Virus record (IMG/VR): IMGVR_UViG_2529292919_000018
Reading direction: 5' to 3' (one strand)
Length of the DNA stretch: 44,108 nt
From: a virus
Lineage: Duplodnaviria > Heunggongvirae > Uroviricota > Caudoviricetes
A program made the position numbers and the translations under genes. The first letter of the stretch is position 1. The number at the start of each line of letters is the position of its first letter. This document shows positions 1-8,398 of this stretch, piece after piece. Below the pieces are notes generated by a model. The model made no database searches. It was not told the origin of the DNA and saw nothing but the letters and a program-made list of their open reading frames with translations.

Positions 1-1119
1 TCAAATAACCAACTTAACCCATTCCTGACCTCGAGTATCGTTATAGCGATCGGTGGTTGCCTGGACTTTATGTCCTAGTAATGTTTTTGTATCAATACCC
101 TGTGCACGGTACAGCCGTTCTGATAGAGAGCGTTGTTCATGAAATGTTGGCGGAGTTTTTCCTGCTGGTGGAATTATCCCAGCCAGATCCCGTGCTTTGG
201 CAAAGTAGTCGCTCAGGTTGTCTTTACTCATCGGCTTCGGTTGTTTCTGGTGCCGACTATGGATTAGATATGGACTTAATATTCTGTCTCGGCACCCATC
301 AATAACTTCTTTTAACGTTATCCCAATGGCATCACAGCGTAGTGTAAGCGGTAACGCCAGACGCATTCCGGTTTTTCCCTGGGTGATATGCAAGTGTTCG
401 TTCCACACATCTGAAAAACGCATGTGGCAAATGTCATCACGGCGCTGACCAGTAACAATCGCAAGAAGCATTGCGTTACGGATAAAGTGTTTTTCAGGCG
501 TTGCATTGTAAATTTTTTGCCAGTCTTCCATGGTGAGCCTGGCTCTGGTTACTTTAGGGATCGGTTTACGGGTAGCCTCCGGAGGATTCCATCCAGGAGG
601 AACTTCCCCTGCATGCTGTGCTTCTTTATAAATATCAACCCATAATCCACGATTTACTCTCGCTGTGCTGACCATGTCTTTATCCAGCCACTCATCCAGT
701 ATTAATGCAAAGTCTCTTACTTCCAGTTCTTTCAATGGGTGGTTTCCCAGACGGGAAACCAGGTATGCAGCCATTCGGGTTTTTTCTTTGTGAGTTGTAG
801 CTGCAATATCTCCATTTTTCAGTCGCGTGTCCTGTATTTTCAGATATCGATCAACCCATGCCTTTAATCTGATACCCCGACGTTTTGTTGCTGACGGACT
901 TTCATCAATTTTGCGCATGAAATATTCAGCTTCTGCTGCAGCTATTCGCTGATTGGCTGTGGAAGCGATTTTTTCTGCCTTACCTTTGTCTGTTCCGAGT
1001 CCGTGAAATTTTCCAGTCACAGGATTTTTATACTGGTAGTAAACTCTGCCAGTTCTGCGATCAAACTTTTCGTAAAGACCGGCTACGTCAGTGCTGTTTT
1101 TTCGTGGCCTCGGTGACAT
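1..1119 (-). CDS. int: Tyrosine-type site-specific integrase (lambda Int family)
   Basis: 372-aa ORF ending exactly at window start; C-terminal catalytic region with R...HxxR...Y pattern (TFHEQRSLSERLY, LLGHK, TTDRYNDTR); N-terminal arm-binding-like region; overlapped by xis-like gene. Confidence 0.9.
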   Translation of the reverse strand: MSPRPRKNSTDVAGLYEKFDRRTGRVYYQYKNPVTGKFHGLGTDKGKAEKIASTANQRIAAAEAEYFMRKIDESPSATKRRGIRLKAWVDRYLKIQDTRLKNGDIAATTHKEKTRMAAYLVSRLGNHPLKELEVRDFALILDEWLDKDMVSTARVNRGLWVDIYKEAQHAGEVPPGWNPPEATRKPIPKVTRARLTMEDWQKIYNATPEKHFIRNAMLLAIVTGQRRDDICHMRFSDVWNEHLHITQGKTGMRLALPLTLRCDAIGITLKEVIDGCRDRILSPYLIHSRHQKQPKPMSKDNLSDYFAKARDLAGIIPPAGKTPPTFHEQRSLSERLYRAQGIDTKTLLGHKVQATTDRYNDTRGQEWVKLVI

Positions 1120-1357
1120 GAGTTAAAATCTCCTTCAGTGCATCATCATCGCCAGTATGAATTTCCGGCGCAATTCCCGTTTCACCAGGCCCAACAAATA
1201 CTGCTCGGCGATCTATCAGCCAACGCCCACGAATTTTTTGTGGTCTTGGAACGATGTATCCTAGTTTTCCGTATTTCACCAGGGTAGTGTTTGTTATTGG
1301 GAGACTGAACCGTTTTGGTTTCCACTCGTCGAGCGTTATCAGGTACTGTTCGCTCAT
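1088..1357 (-). CDS. Putative excisionase / small DNA-binding protein
   Basis: 89-aa ORF from ATG at 1357 with GGAG RBS; 3' end overlaps the int start, the classic xis-int arrangement. No motif recognised; call is positional. Confidence 0.45.
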   Translation of the reverse strand: MSEQYLITLDEWKPKRFSLPITNTTLVKYGKLGYIVPRPQKIRGRWLIDRRAVFVGPGETGIAPEIHTGDDDALKEILTHVTEATKKQH

Positions 1358-1418
1358 GGCTATCACTCCGGAACGCGCCAGTTGCAGAATATCAACGACA
1401 ACTGGCGACGGTTGAACA

Positions 1419-3890
1419 TTAAAAATCAGCCTGATTCGGGATCAGTTTTTGCCAGATAGCTGAAACGTATTTTGCCTGGTGACGAGCGTCATCAAGTGCA
1501 TTATGGCGCTCACCTTCGAATGGAATAGCCGTTCTGGCATCGAAGTCTATGGCTTTCCCCAGCTCAACGATTGTGCGTACATCGCGATCGTTGTAGTAAC
1601 GCCACGGGCAGGGGATCCCCTGCCGTTCGTATGAACGGCGCAAAATCGTGTTGTCGAAGTTGGCTCCATTTCCCCAAACCTGAACAAAAAATTCACCGGA
1701 GTTTTCGTCGATAAATTCCCGCAATTGTAACAGTGCATCATCTAACGGGATTTCATCGGTCATAATGGCAGATTGCGCTTCGCGTGATTGCTTAAGCCAC
1801 CATTTAATGGTGTCCCGATCAATGACTCCGCCAGCAGTTTCCAGATCGATAGTCTTACTAAATTCCGGTCCCATATCTCCGGTTTGCGGATCGAAAAATA
1901 TTGCACCTATTGAGATGATCGGGGCATCAGGATTTTTTCCCATGGTTTCAAGGTCGATCATTAGATGGTCACACGTCCTGCTGGTGGATGTGATTTCGTG
2001 ATGACCGTTCACCTTAATTGAGTGATCTGCCGTCTCGCCAGTCTCATTATCGCTATTGTGATGCTGATTGCCGCCAGTGTTCTCCTTGTGTGGATGCTCA
2101 GCGCCTTCCATTTCCTCCGGATCATCTTCCTGAACTTCAACCTGATACTCTTCACCGAATGTTTCCTGGTATGTTGCGTCGCCCATCACCGCACCACAAT
2201 CAGGGCAGTTGCCGCCGCCGGTCTGACCGCAGGCGGTGCAGACTTTTTCCACTTCCTGTTGCACTACTGGTTCAGGTAGTTTCGTTTCTGGCTCGTTTTG
2301 TTGCGTATTTGGGCTGTTTTGTTCCGCTTTCTGGTCGTTCTGTTCCGTTTCTTGCTGGTTCTGGTTCACAGAATCGCGGGTTTCAATCCCCTTCACCCAT
2401 TTCGGATCATTCGGATCGCTAACCCCTGCAACAAATTCACCACGTGATACTGCAAGCAGTTCATCGGCGTCAGGCTGGCTGATATTGGCTGCCTGCATAA
2501 TTTTGTTTACTTCGTCAGCGGTAACTTTTACCGGCCCTGGTTGTGCGGTCGTGTCAGATGCACCAGTATTTTGTTGTGAACCTGAGTATGTACCGTTTTT
2601 GCGGGCGAAATATTCTTCTTTCGTGATTTCAGTAGCCCCTGTAGCCAGTGCCTTATCCAGACCAGAAAGTTTGTTTGCGCGACCGTATTTTTCGCTATCC
2701 TTGTCGGTGAAGAGGAAGTAGAACGGCCCTTCACGCTCTACAGATGGTTCGACTTCCACTTTGCATTCGGTTTTTTCGTTGTCCGGAATTGCCGTTTCCA
2801 CTGCATCAGTTTCTGGTACTGGCGACGAGAGAGTATCAGTTGCGCTCTGATTTCTTCCTTCATCTTCAAACACGCCCTTTGTAGTCAGGTATTCAGTAAT
2901 GTATTTGTTCAGTGCCACAGGGTCTTTGTGAATGTCGATCGGACGTTCACGGACAAGGCCAAAAATAGTCTGGCGGTCGTAGCGAAGGGCATCAGGCTGT
3001 TTGCGCATTGATGCCGAGATACGCTTCCAGTCTTCGCGGTCGTTGTCGATAACTTCTTTTTTTGCCCAGCGATGGATGCTGCCGTCAATGTTTCCGGCAT
3101 CCACATCACCAGGCCAGAGAGCGTAGGCCAGTTCGTCATCCAGTGTTTTCCATGTCTGCTTGTATTCGCGATGAGTGGCAGCAATGACCGGGCTGATTTT
3201 TCCTGTTGAATTTTCAGTGTTCTGTTGATTGGCTCTGGCGCGGGCGAGATCAACAACAGACGTGTATTTTCCGGTTTCCTTGCGTTCACCTTCGCGACGT
3301 TTTTTCCAGATGCGCATCTCTGCCTGAATTTCGGGCCATTTGGCACCAGGCTTACATTTATGCTTAACCCACCCGATGGCATGCAGCTTAAGCTCCGGAT
3401 ACATGGCGTTAACTTCTGGCATTTTCATCAACGCTTCAACGATATGTCCGTCGAATGTTGCCATGTCTTCCTGCAACAATTCCTGTGCGCTAATCACCAT
3501 ATCAACGGTGATGTTTTCACATGTGTCGAACTTAACCATGACAGCGTTCTGTACTTCAGGGGCCAGCTTGTCAAAAGTGACGTTCATCGGATCGGATTCA
3601 GTCTCAACCGGGACAAAAGAAGCAGAATCCTCATCCCAGCGGTTTTCCTGCATATATTCAGCATCCCATGAATCGAGGGCAGGGCGGGGTATGCCAGGTT
3701 TATCCTCGCAGACAATAAATTTATAAGCGCAGTCCTGAGCAGCCGGATAATGTTCCAGGAATTGCCAGTGAAATTTTGCTCGAGCACGGCGTTCGTCGCC
3801 AGCTTCAATGGCTGTGGCTACAGCCACAGCGCCTTCTTCCCTTGTTGCCAGTTCGTCAGGAATAGCGGCGCAAATAAAGACTTTACTCAT
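1419..3890 (-). CDS. Large multidomain protein with C-terminal DEDDh (DnaQ-like) 3'-5' exonuclease domain, zinc ribbon and acidic low-complexity linker (YdfE-like?)
   Basis: Start set to ATG at 3890 (MSKVF, GAGG RBS) rather than track start 3926. C-terminus has Exo I IDLETMG, Exo II WGNGANFD, Exo III HNALDDA. Central Q/E/T-rich segment and CTACGQTGGGNCPDCGA Cys4 ribbon. Confidence 0.75.
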   Translation of the reverse strand: MSKVFICAAIPDELATREEGAVAVATAIEAGDERRARAKFHWQFLEHYPAAQDCAYKFIVCEDKPGIPRPALDSWDAEYMQENRWDEDSASFVPVETESDPMNVTFDKLAPEVQNAVMVKFDTCENITVDMVISAQELLQEDMATFDGHIVEALMKMPEVNAMYPELKLHAIGWVKHKCKPGAKWPEIQAEMRIWKKRREGERKETGKYTSVVDLARARANQQNTENSTGKISPVIAATHREYKQTWKTLDDELAYALWPGDVDAGNIDGSIHRWAKKEVIDNDREDWKRISASMRKQPDALRYDRQTIFGLVRERPIDIHKDPVALNKYITEYLTTKGVFEDEGRNQSATDTLSSPVPETDAVETAIPDNEKTECKVEVEPSVEREGPFYFLFTDKDSEKYGRANKLSGLDKALATGATEITKEEYFARKNGTYSGSQQNTGASDTTAQPGPVKVTADEVNKIMQAANISQPDADELLAVSRGEFVAGVSDPNDPKWVKGIETRDSVNQNQQETEQNDQKAEQNSPNTQQNEPETKLPEPVVQQEVEKVCTACGQTGGGNCPDCGAVMGDATYQETFGEEYQVEVQEDDPEEMEGAEHPHKENTGGNQHHNSDNETGETADHSIKVNGHHEITSTSRTCDHLMIDLETMGKNPDAPIISIGAIFFDPQTGDMGPEFSKTIDLETAGGVIDRDTIKWWLKQSREAQSAIMTDEIPLDDALLQLREFIDENSGEFFVQVWGNGANFDNTILRRSYERQGIPCPWRYYNDRDVRTIVELGKAIDFDARTAIPFEGERHNALDDARHQAKYVSAIWQKLIPNQADF

Positions 3891-3982
3891 TTGTTTTAAC
3901 CTCATGACAGATTTAAGGATGAACAAATCCCTGCCATTGCTGGCATATAAGAATGAAACCGGATATTTATTACGGAACTGTT

Positions 3983-4174
3983 TTAAAGACCTGCCGGGAT
4001 TTCGATATTATCCTGGTGAATAACTTTATCGACCGGGTAACAGTTACCGGGAATTTTCTGTTCGGTTGCTGCAGTCATACACTACTGCATTGTCCTGTGA
4101 ACACTGACTGCAATATCAACTGGCTCTCCGGAAACAAGAAAAACTGTCAGAACAAGCACAAATGCTGAATTCAT
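3983..4174 (-). pseudogene. ydfD: ydfD-like small lysis-protein gene interrupted by in-frame amber codon (TAG on the minus strand at 4082-4084)
   Basis: ATG at 4174 overlaps dicB stop (ATGA). Frame reads MNSAFVLVLTVFLVSGEPVDIAVSVHRTMQ, then TAG, then 32 more sense codons (CMTAATEQKIPGNCYPVDKVIHQDNIEIPAGL) to TAA. Total 63 codons, matching my recollection of K-12 YdfD length. Confidence 0.45.
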
Positions 4175-4359
4175 TGTGCACATCCTTTTGGCATCAGACG
4201 TAAACGAGCCAGCATTGAAACAATGCATATTTTATTTAATAGCTCCCGTTCTTGTTTTCTCTTGTTAATGGCATCTTCAGTAAATACTGGGTTACTGATA
4301 GTGACACCAATTTCAAAACAACCTTCAGACGTATTAACGTTTGGTAATAACGTTTTCAT
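4171..4359 (-). CDS. dicB: Cell-division inhibitor DicB
   Basis: 62-aa frame MKTLLPNVNTSEGCFEIGVTISNPVFTEDAINKRKQERELLNKICIVSMLARLRLMPKGCAQ (internal Met of track ORF 4171..4464); matches recalled K-12 DicB; downstream of DicF on same strand. Confidence 0.8.
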   Translation of the reverse strand: MKTLLPNVNTSEGCFEIGVTISNPVFTEDAINKRKQERELLNKICIVSMLARLRLMPKGCAQ

Positions 4360-4528
4360 TATCGCGTCCTCAACAATGAATTTTGTGATGCAGTGCCTGG
4401 TGCCTCCAGGTGACGTTAACCAGTTAACAATTAACGCCGGATACAGAGAATCCACCCATAACACTGTTTTTGGTTTTAACTGTTCCGCGTGCGCTCAGCC
4501 GCATTCACCACATCACAAAATTCACTTT

Positions 4529-4586
4529 AAAAAGGGCGGCAGAGCAGTCACGGAGTAAAACTGATACCGCCAAACGTCACCAGAAA
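4529..4586 (-). ncRNA. dicF: DicF small regulatory RNA (ftsZ-targeting) with intrinsic terminator
   Basis: Minus strand reads TTTCTGGTGACGTTTGGCGGTATCAGTTTTACTCCGTGACTGCTCTGCCGCCCTTTTT: GC stem (GGCGG...CTGCCGCC) plus U-run, matching my memory of DicF; sits between ydfC-like gene and dicB. Ends +/- a few nt. Confidence 0.75.
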
Positions 4587-4927
4587 ATTGATAACAGAGG
4601 GCGTTGCAGCGGGGTTGTCACTTAAGCGTATGGTCAACCTGACAACCCGGTGTCCTCAACGGGGGAAGGAATAACCCCGCCATACTTACCGCCGCGCCAT
4701 TTCGCGGATTGCCACAACCGGAAGCGCACGGTCGACGAAAATTTAACGACAGGCTATCTATGAACCAGCTACCTCGCCGTGCGCTTTCGCGTTATGGTCT
4801 GACTTTTCAGGGAAATATCCTTTCAGTAAACTGTCAGTGCCGGATGCTCACCCGTGTCCGGCGCACGCACTCCACCTCATCCGTGGAGAACTCCTTAATT
4901 ACCAACCTTAGCTTCGTTGGTTAGCTA

Positions 4928-5146
4928 TTAACGCGGGTATGTAATCATTCTGGCAATGCTTAATGTCGCTGCTTTTTCCAGATTAGTGATATCCTGCTCC
5001 AGAGCGGACAGATTTTCAGCCTGCTTAGCCCTGGCTTCATTGGTCCATTTCAGATCCTGCGCTGCATTAATTTTCTGGCGCATCCACTCATAAAGTTCAT
5101 CATCGGTATAGTCTGGCGCGATGATGACGGGTTCTCGTTTCTGCAT
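4928..5146 (-). CDS. ydfC: YdfC-like small protein (dicB operon)
   Basis: 72-aa ORF, ATG at 5146 with GAGGA RBS; size and position match ydfC of the Qin dicB operon (recollection). Confidence 0.55.
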   Translation of the reverse strand: MQKREPVIIAPDYTDDELYEWMRQKINAAQDLKWTNEARAKQAENLSALEQDITNLEKAATLSIARMITYPR

Positions 5147-5175
5147 ACTGATTCCTCGCGGTGCTGTTTCGCTTA

Positions 5176-5304
5176 TCAGCCGTTAGATTTTGCCGAACTG
5201 GAAAGTGCCTGTTTAAATTCGCTGAAGCTGAGAGCTTCTTCGCCTTCGGCAAGACCTTCGAAGTATTCTTCGTAAGCCTTTTCCATGATTGTGTCGAAAT
5301 CCAT
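5176..5304 (-). CDS. ydfB: YdfB-like small acidic protein (42 aa)
   Basis: Not in the >=60-aa track. Minus-strand ATG at 5304 after AGGTGGGTGA RBS gives MDFDTIMEKAYEEYFEGLAEGEEALSFSEFKQALSSSAKSNG, stop at 5176-5178. Confidence 0.5.
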   Translation of the reverse strand: MDFDTIMEKAYEEYFEGLAEGEEALSFSEFKQALSSSAKSNG

Positions 5305-5305
5305 A

Positions 5306-5461
5306 TCACCCACCTGAATTTCTTTCCAGCCAGCGACGCGCTCCAGATTCGGTTTTAAACGTTTTGCTTTTGGTATACGTCATCGCGGTGAACGTACCGT
5401 CCTGGTTGGGGAACACGCCACATACCAGAGATTCGCTGTTGCCAAGATCGATAGTATCCAT
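5306..5461 (-). CDS. ydfA: YdfA-like small protein (51 aa)
   Basis: Internal Met of track ORF 5306..5554: MDTIDLGNSESLVCGVFPNQDGTFTAMTYTKSKTFKTESGARRWLERNSGG; first gene of the leftward operon below the repressor. Confidence 0.45.
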   Translation of the reverse strand: MDTIDLGNSESLVCGVFPNQDGTFTAMTYTKSKTFKTESGARRWLERNSGG

Positions 5462-5652
5462 GTTGACCTCATTTCCCCTTAACGCCGGGGTAGCGGAACT
5501 GTTTGCTGAGAACACCGTGCGGTGTCTTGATGGATCGTAATTTAGTTTTCTCATGAATATTGATCAAGTGCTTTTGATGATAAAACTCAATATTTAATGC
5601 AAAATAAAGCCAATACATTGAAATGTAAGGCTTTAAAATTTGTGAAGGGGGG

Positions 5653-6060
5653 TTATTGATGTTTGTTACGTTTGCGAGCTTCTAGTAGCTCGGTGAATAG
5701 GCGATTAAAATTCTCAACGCGGGCACGGAGTTCGCTGATTTGTGCTTGCTGCTCTGATTTTGGAAGTGCGCGATACAATCGCAACATCTCCAACTCATCT
5801 TCCGATAAGTCTAAGGCGCTGTTGAGTGCAACTGGTGGATCTGGTGTTTTATCCTCGTCACCAAACAGTATCCAAGTTGGTGAACATTGCAATACCTCAG
5901 CCAGGCGATGCAAATTTTGCCCGCGCGGGGCTGTATGGTCGCTTTCCCATAGTGAAATTGATGAGCCAGATACGCCAGCAGCTTTGCTTAAATCGTTTTG
6001 ACTTAAACCAACCTGTTTGCGTCTTTCTCTAATTCGTTGACCTAAAGTTTTCTCGTTCAT
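5653..6060 (-). CDS. dicA: XRE/cI-type HTH repressor (DicA-like immunity repressor)
   Basis: 135 aa; N-terminal HTH (GQRIRERRKQVGLSQNDLSKAAGVSGSSISLWE) and LQCSPTWILFGDEDK segment recalled from DicA; divergent from a Cro-like gene. Confidence 0.85.
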   Translation of the reverse strand: MNEKTLGQRIRERRKQVGLSQNDLSKAAGVSGSSISLWESDHTAPRGQNLHRLAEVLQCSPTWILFGDEDKTPDPPVALNSALDLSEDELEMLRLYRALPKSEQQAQISELRARVENFNRLFTELLEARKRNKHQ

Positions 6061-6137
6061 ATTTAGATATCTTAATAATCCTTGACTTGAGATTCCTTGA
6101 GTGATTACTATTGAGAAAACTCAACTTTGGAGGGGTG
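6061..6137. promoter_or_regulatory. Divergent promoter/operator region between dicA-like and dicC-like genes
   Basis: 77-bp AT-rich spacer with repeated TTGA(C/G) half-site-like motifs (CTTGACTTGAGATTCCTTGAGTGATTACTATTGAG); GGAGGGG RBS for the rightward gene. Confidence 0.4.
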
Positions 6138-6365
6138 ATGTTTAAATCAGACGTAATTAATTTTTATGGGACGAAAGCCAAAGTAGCGAAAGCTGCTGGT
6201 GTTGATCCATCTGCTGTTTCTCAATGGGGGGAACTGGTTCCTGAAGGTCGCGCGATGCGCCTGCAAGAGGCATCCGGCGGGGAACTTCAGTACGACCCCA
6301 AAGTTTATGACGAATATCGTAAGGCAAAGCGGGCGGGGCGGTTGAACAATGAAAATCACCCCTGA
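6138..6365 (+). CDS. dicC: Cro-like small regulator (DicC-like)
   Basis: Track ORF starts at TTG 6111; ATG at 6138 follows GGAGGGG RBS, giving 75 aa (MFKSDVINFYGTKAKVAKAAGVDPSAVSQWG...); divergent from repressor. Confidence 0.7.
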   Translation: MFKSDVINFYGTKAKVAKAAGVDPSAVSQWGELVPEGRAMRLQEASGGELQYDPKVYDEYRKAKRAGRLNNENHP

Positions 6366-6900
6366 ACAGGTTTGTGAGGCTCTGGATGCCTGGGTATGCC
6401 GACCAGGAATGACACAGGAGCAGGCGACGATATTAATCACGGAAGCATTCTGGGCTCTGAAAGAACGCCCGAACATCGATGTTCAACGCGTCACGTTTAA
6501 TGATGGCGAGGTTGATCAACGGGCGCTGTGCGTTAACCGGGTGAAGATATTCGAACGCTGGAAAGCTATCGACACCAGGGATAAGCGGAAAAAATTCACG
6601 GCGCTGATTCCGGCAATTATGGAGGCTATCCGAATTAGTGATTTCAGGCTGTATCGTGAGATCAGTGATGGAAAAAGCATTACGTACATGATCGCCGGAT
6701 TAAACAAAGAATATGGCGATGTGGTGGAGTCCGGGCTGCTTTTTGCGGATCCATCTGTTGTGGAACGTGAGACTGACGAGCTTATAGAAAAAGCTATTGC
6801 TTTCAAGCATGCGTATCGTCAGCAATATCAATATTACTTTGCAGATAAACAAATGTCTGCCAGGGGTTCGTATGAGTATCGATGCACTACGATGGGCTAA
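6349..6900 (+). CDS. YdaT-like protein (CII-like position; YdaT toxin-domain family?)
   Basis: 183 aa directly after cro-like gene (start overlaps its end); segment DKRKKFTALIPAIMEAI resembles the KxxKLIPAIL core I recall from Rac YdaT. Assignment tentative. Confidence 0.45.
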   Translation: MKITPEQVCEALDAWVCRPGMTQEQATILITEAFWALKERPNIDVQRVTFNDGEVDQRALCVNRVKIFERWKAIDTRDKRKKFTALIPAIMEAIRISDFRLYREISDGKSITYMIAGLNKEYGDVVESGLLFADPSVVERETDELIEKAIAFKHAYRQQYQYYFADKQMSARGSYEYRCTTMG

Positions 6901-7912
6901 AAAGGTGAAAACCGGCAGTTCATCCAGTAAGTCTGTATTGACCTGGCTTGCTGATATGTGCGGTGCCGATTTGTGTGCATACCCGTCTGTATCTGCACTG
7001 GCAGAAGTAACGGAACTGAACAAAAAGACTGTGCAGGACAGCTTACGACACCTGATGGAGATTGGGTTAATTGTTGATACCGGTGAGAGAAAAGGCAGAA
7101 CAAAGCAAATTGTGGTGTACCGACTTATCGGTGTAGAAGAAAGTGTTGCCGAGCCTGAATACACCCAAAAACGGGAGTCTTTAAAGGTGGGTAAAATCGG
7201 TGCTGTTAATAAAAACAGTACCGAAAATGGTTATGTTTCAGCACAAAACAGACCCAAAAACGGAACTCTTAGCTGCATGGAAAATAACCAAAGACACCCA
7301 AATTTTCCATCAAAGACACCCAAAAACGGATCACGGAACCCAAAGGAACCCAAAGAGCTAAACCCCACACATAACGCACGCGAGAGTGCTCCGACCAGTG
7401 AGCAGAAAGTTTTGTCGTTACAGGCTGCACCTCCTGTATTCCTGGATGGCCTGAGCGAACCCATCGAAAAATTTCCGATGACCGATAGCTGGTATCCGTC
7501 ACGGGATTTTCGACGACGGGCTGCGTTGTGGGGGATGGCTTTGCCGGAGACAGAATTCACACCTGCTGAACTTGCCGCCTTCCGGGGCTACTGGGCTGCT
7601 GAGGGGAAAGTGTTTACGCAGATTCAGTGGGAGCAGAAATTCGCCCGTCACGTAAATCACGTCAGGGCGCAGGTTAAACCAGTCAGCAAGGGGGTAAACC
7701 ATGCAGCAGCACCAGGTGACACCGCATCACGGGCAGTTCAGGAAATTCGGGCAGCACGTGAGCAGTGGGAACGTGAAAACGGATTTATCAGCGACGGAAA
7801 CGGCCTGGAAGCTGTGGGAACTCATGGGGGAGGTTTATTCGAACCGCTGGACCCAGAAGAACGGGGCCGCACCTTCGAAGCTCTGGATTGCACAGATTGG
7901 TGCGATGACTGA
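6872..7912 (+). CDS. Replication initiator (O-like, N-terminal winged-helix DNA-binding domain)
   Basis: ATG at 6872 (MSIDALRWAKKVKTG...); wHTH-like N-terminus; position before a P-like gene. 3' end overlaps the P frame, so the true C-terminus is uncertain. Confidence 0.6.
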   Translation: MSIDALRWAKKVKTGSSSSKSVLTWLADMCGADLCAYPSVSALAEVTELNKKTVQDSLRHLMEIGLIVDTGERKGRTKQIVVYRLIGVEESVAEPEYTQKRESLKVGKIGAVNKNSTENGYVSAQNRPKNGTLSCMENNQRHPNFPSKTPKNGSRNPKEPKELNPTHNARESAPTSEQKVLSLQAAPPVFLDGLSEPIEKFPMTDSWYPSRDFRRRAALWGMALPETEFTPAELAAFRGYWAAEGKVFTQIQWEQKFARHVNHVRAQVKPVSKGVNHAAAPGDTASRAVQEIRAAREQWERENGFISDGNGLEAVGTHGGGLFEPLDPEERGRTFEALDCTDWCDD

Positions 7913-8366
7913 GCAGAAAATCCGACAGGTCTGCCGCCAGTGCATGGACCGCTGCCGGGCGGGTGAAACATGGCCTCCGGACCTGGCTGAGTTTGTGGCG
8001 CTGATTTCTGAAAGCGGAGCCAATCCATTCGGTCTGACGGTGGATGCCGTGATGGAGGAGTACCGTCGCTGGCGCAACGAGTCCTGGCGATACGACGGGA
8101 GCGATAAATACCCGTGGTCTCAGCCTGTGCTGTATCACATTTGCCTCGAGATGCGTTCAAAGGGGATTGAGCGGCAGATGACCGAAGGGGAGTTAAAACG
8201 GCTTGCAGAACGGCAGCTGACGAAATGGGCAAAGCATGTTAGTAACGGCCTGAGTGTTCCGCCAGTCCGGCGACAACTGGCGGCACCCAAACGCCCGTCG
8301 GGGCCAACGCCAATTGAGTTGCTGAAACAGGAATATGAACGCCGGAAAGCGGCTGGGCTTGTCTGA
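7701..8366 (+). CDS. Replication protein P-like (helicase loader)
   Basis: Alignable by eye to lambda P: TMEQ..R, PxxxxFVA, YPW, TxxELxR, AxxELxHMTxRIN-like spacing. Strong SD AAGGGGG before ATG 7701; alternative starts 7827 or 7905. Confidence 0.7.
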   Translation: MQQHQVTPHHGQFRKFGQHVSSGNVKTDLSATETAWKLWELMGEVYSNRWTQKNGAAPSKLWIAQIGAMTEQKIRQVCRQCMDRCRAGETWPPDLAEFVALISESGANPFGLTVDAVMEEYRRWRNESWRYDGSDKYPWSQPVLYHICLEMRSKGIERQMTEGELKRLAERQLTKWAKHVSNGLSVPPVRRQLAAPKRPSGPTPIELLKQEYERRKAAGLV

Positions 8367-8398
8367 GTTGAGAAGTAATTTTTACCGGGAGGAAATTT

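Noticed and set aside
2018-3808. Several 70-160-aa ORFs on the plus strand between 2018 and 3808
   Set aside because: All are antisense to the 823-aa exonuclease-domain gene, lack RBS and have Ser/Cys-rich, low-complexity translations typical of antisense frames.
1419-3890. Calling the large early protein RecE (exonuclease VIII)
   Set aside because: The nuclease motifs are DEDDh (DnaQ-like) at the C-terminus, not the PD-(D/E)XK fold of RecE/lambda Exo, so only a domain-level description is given.
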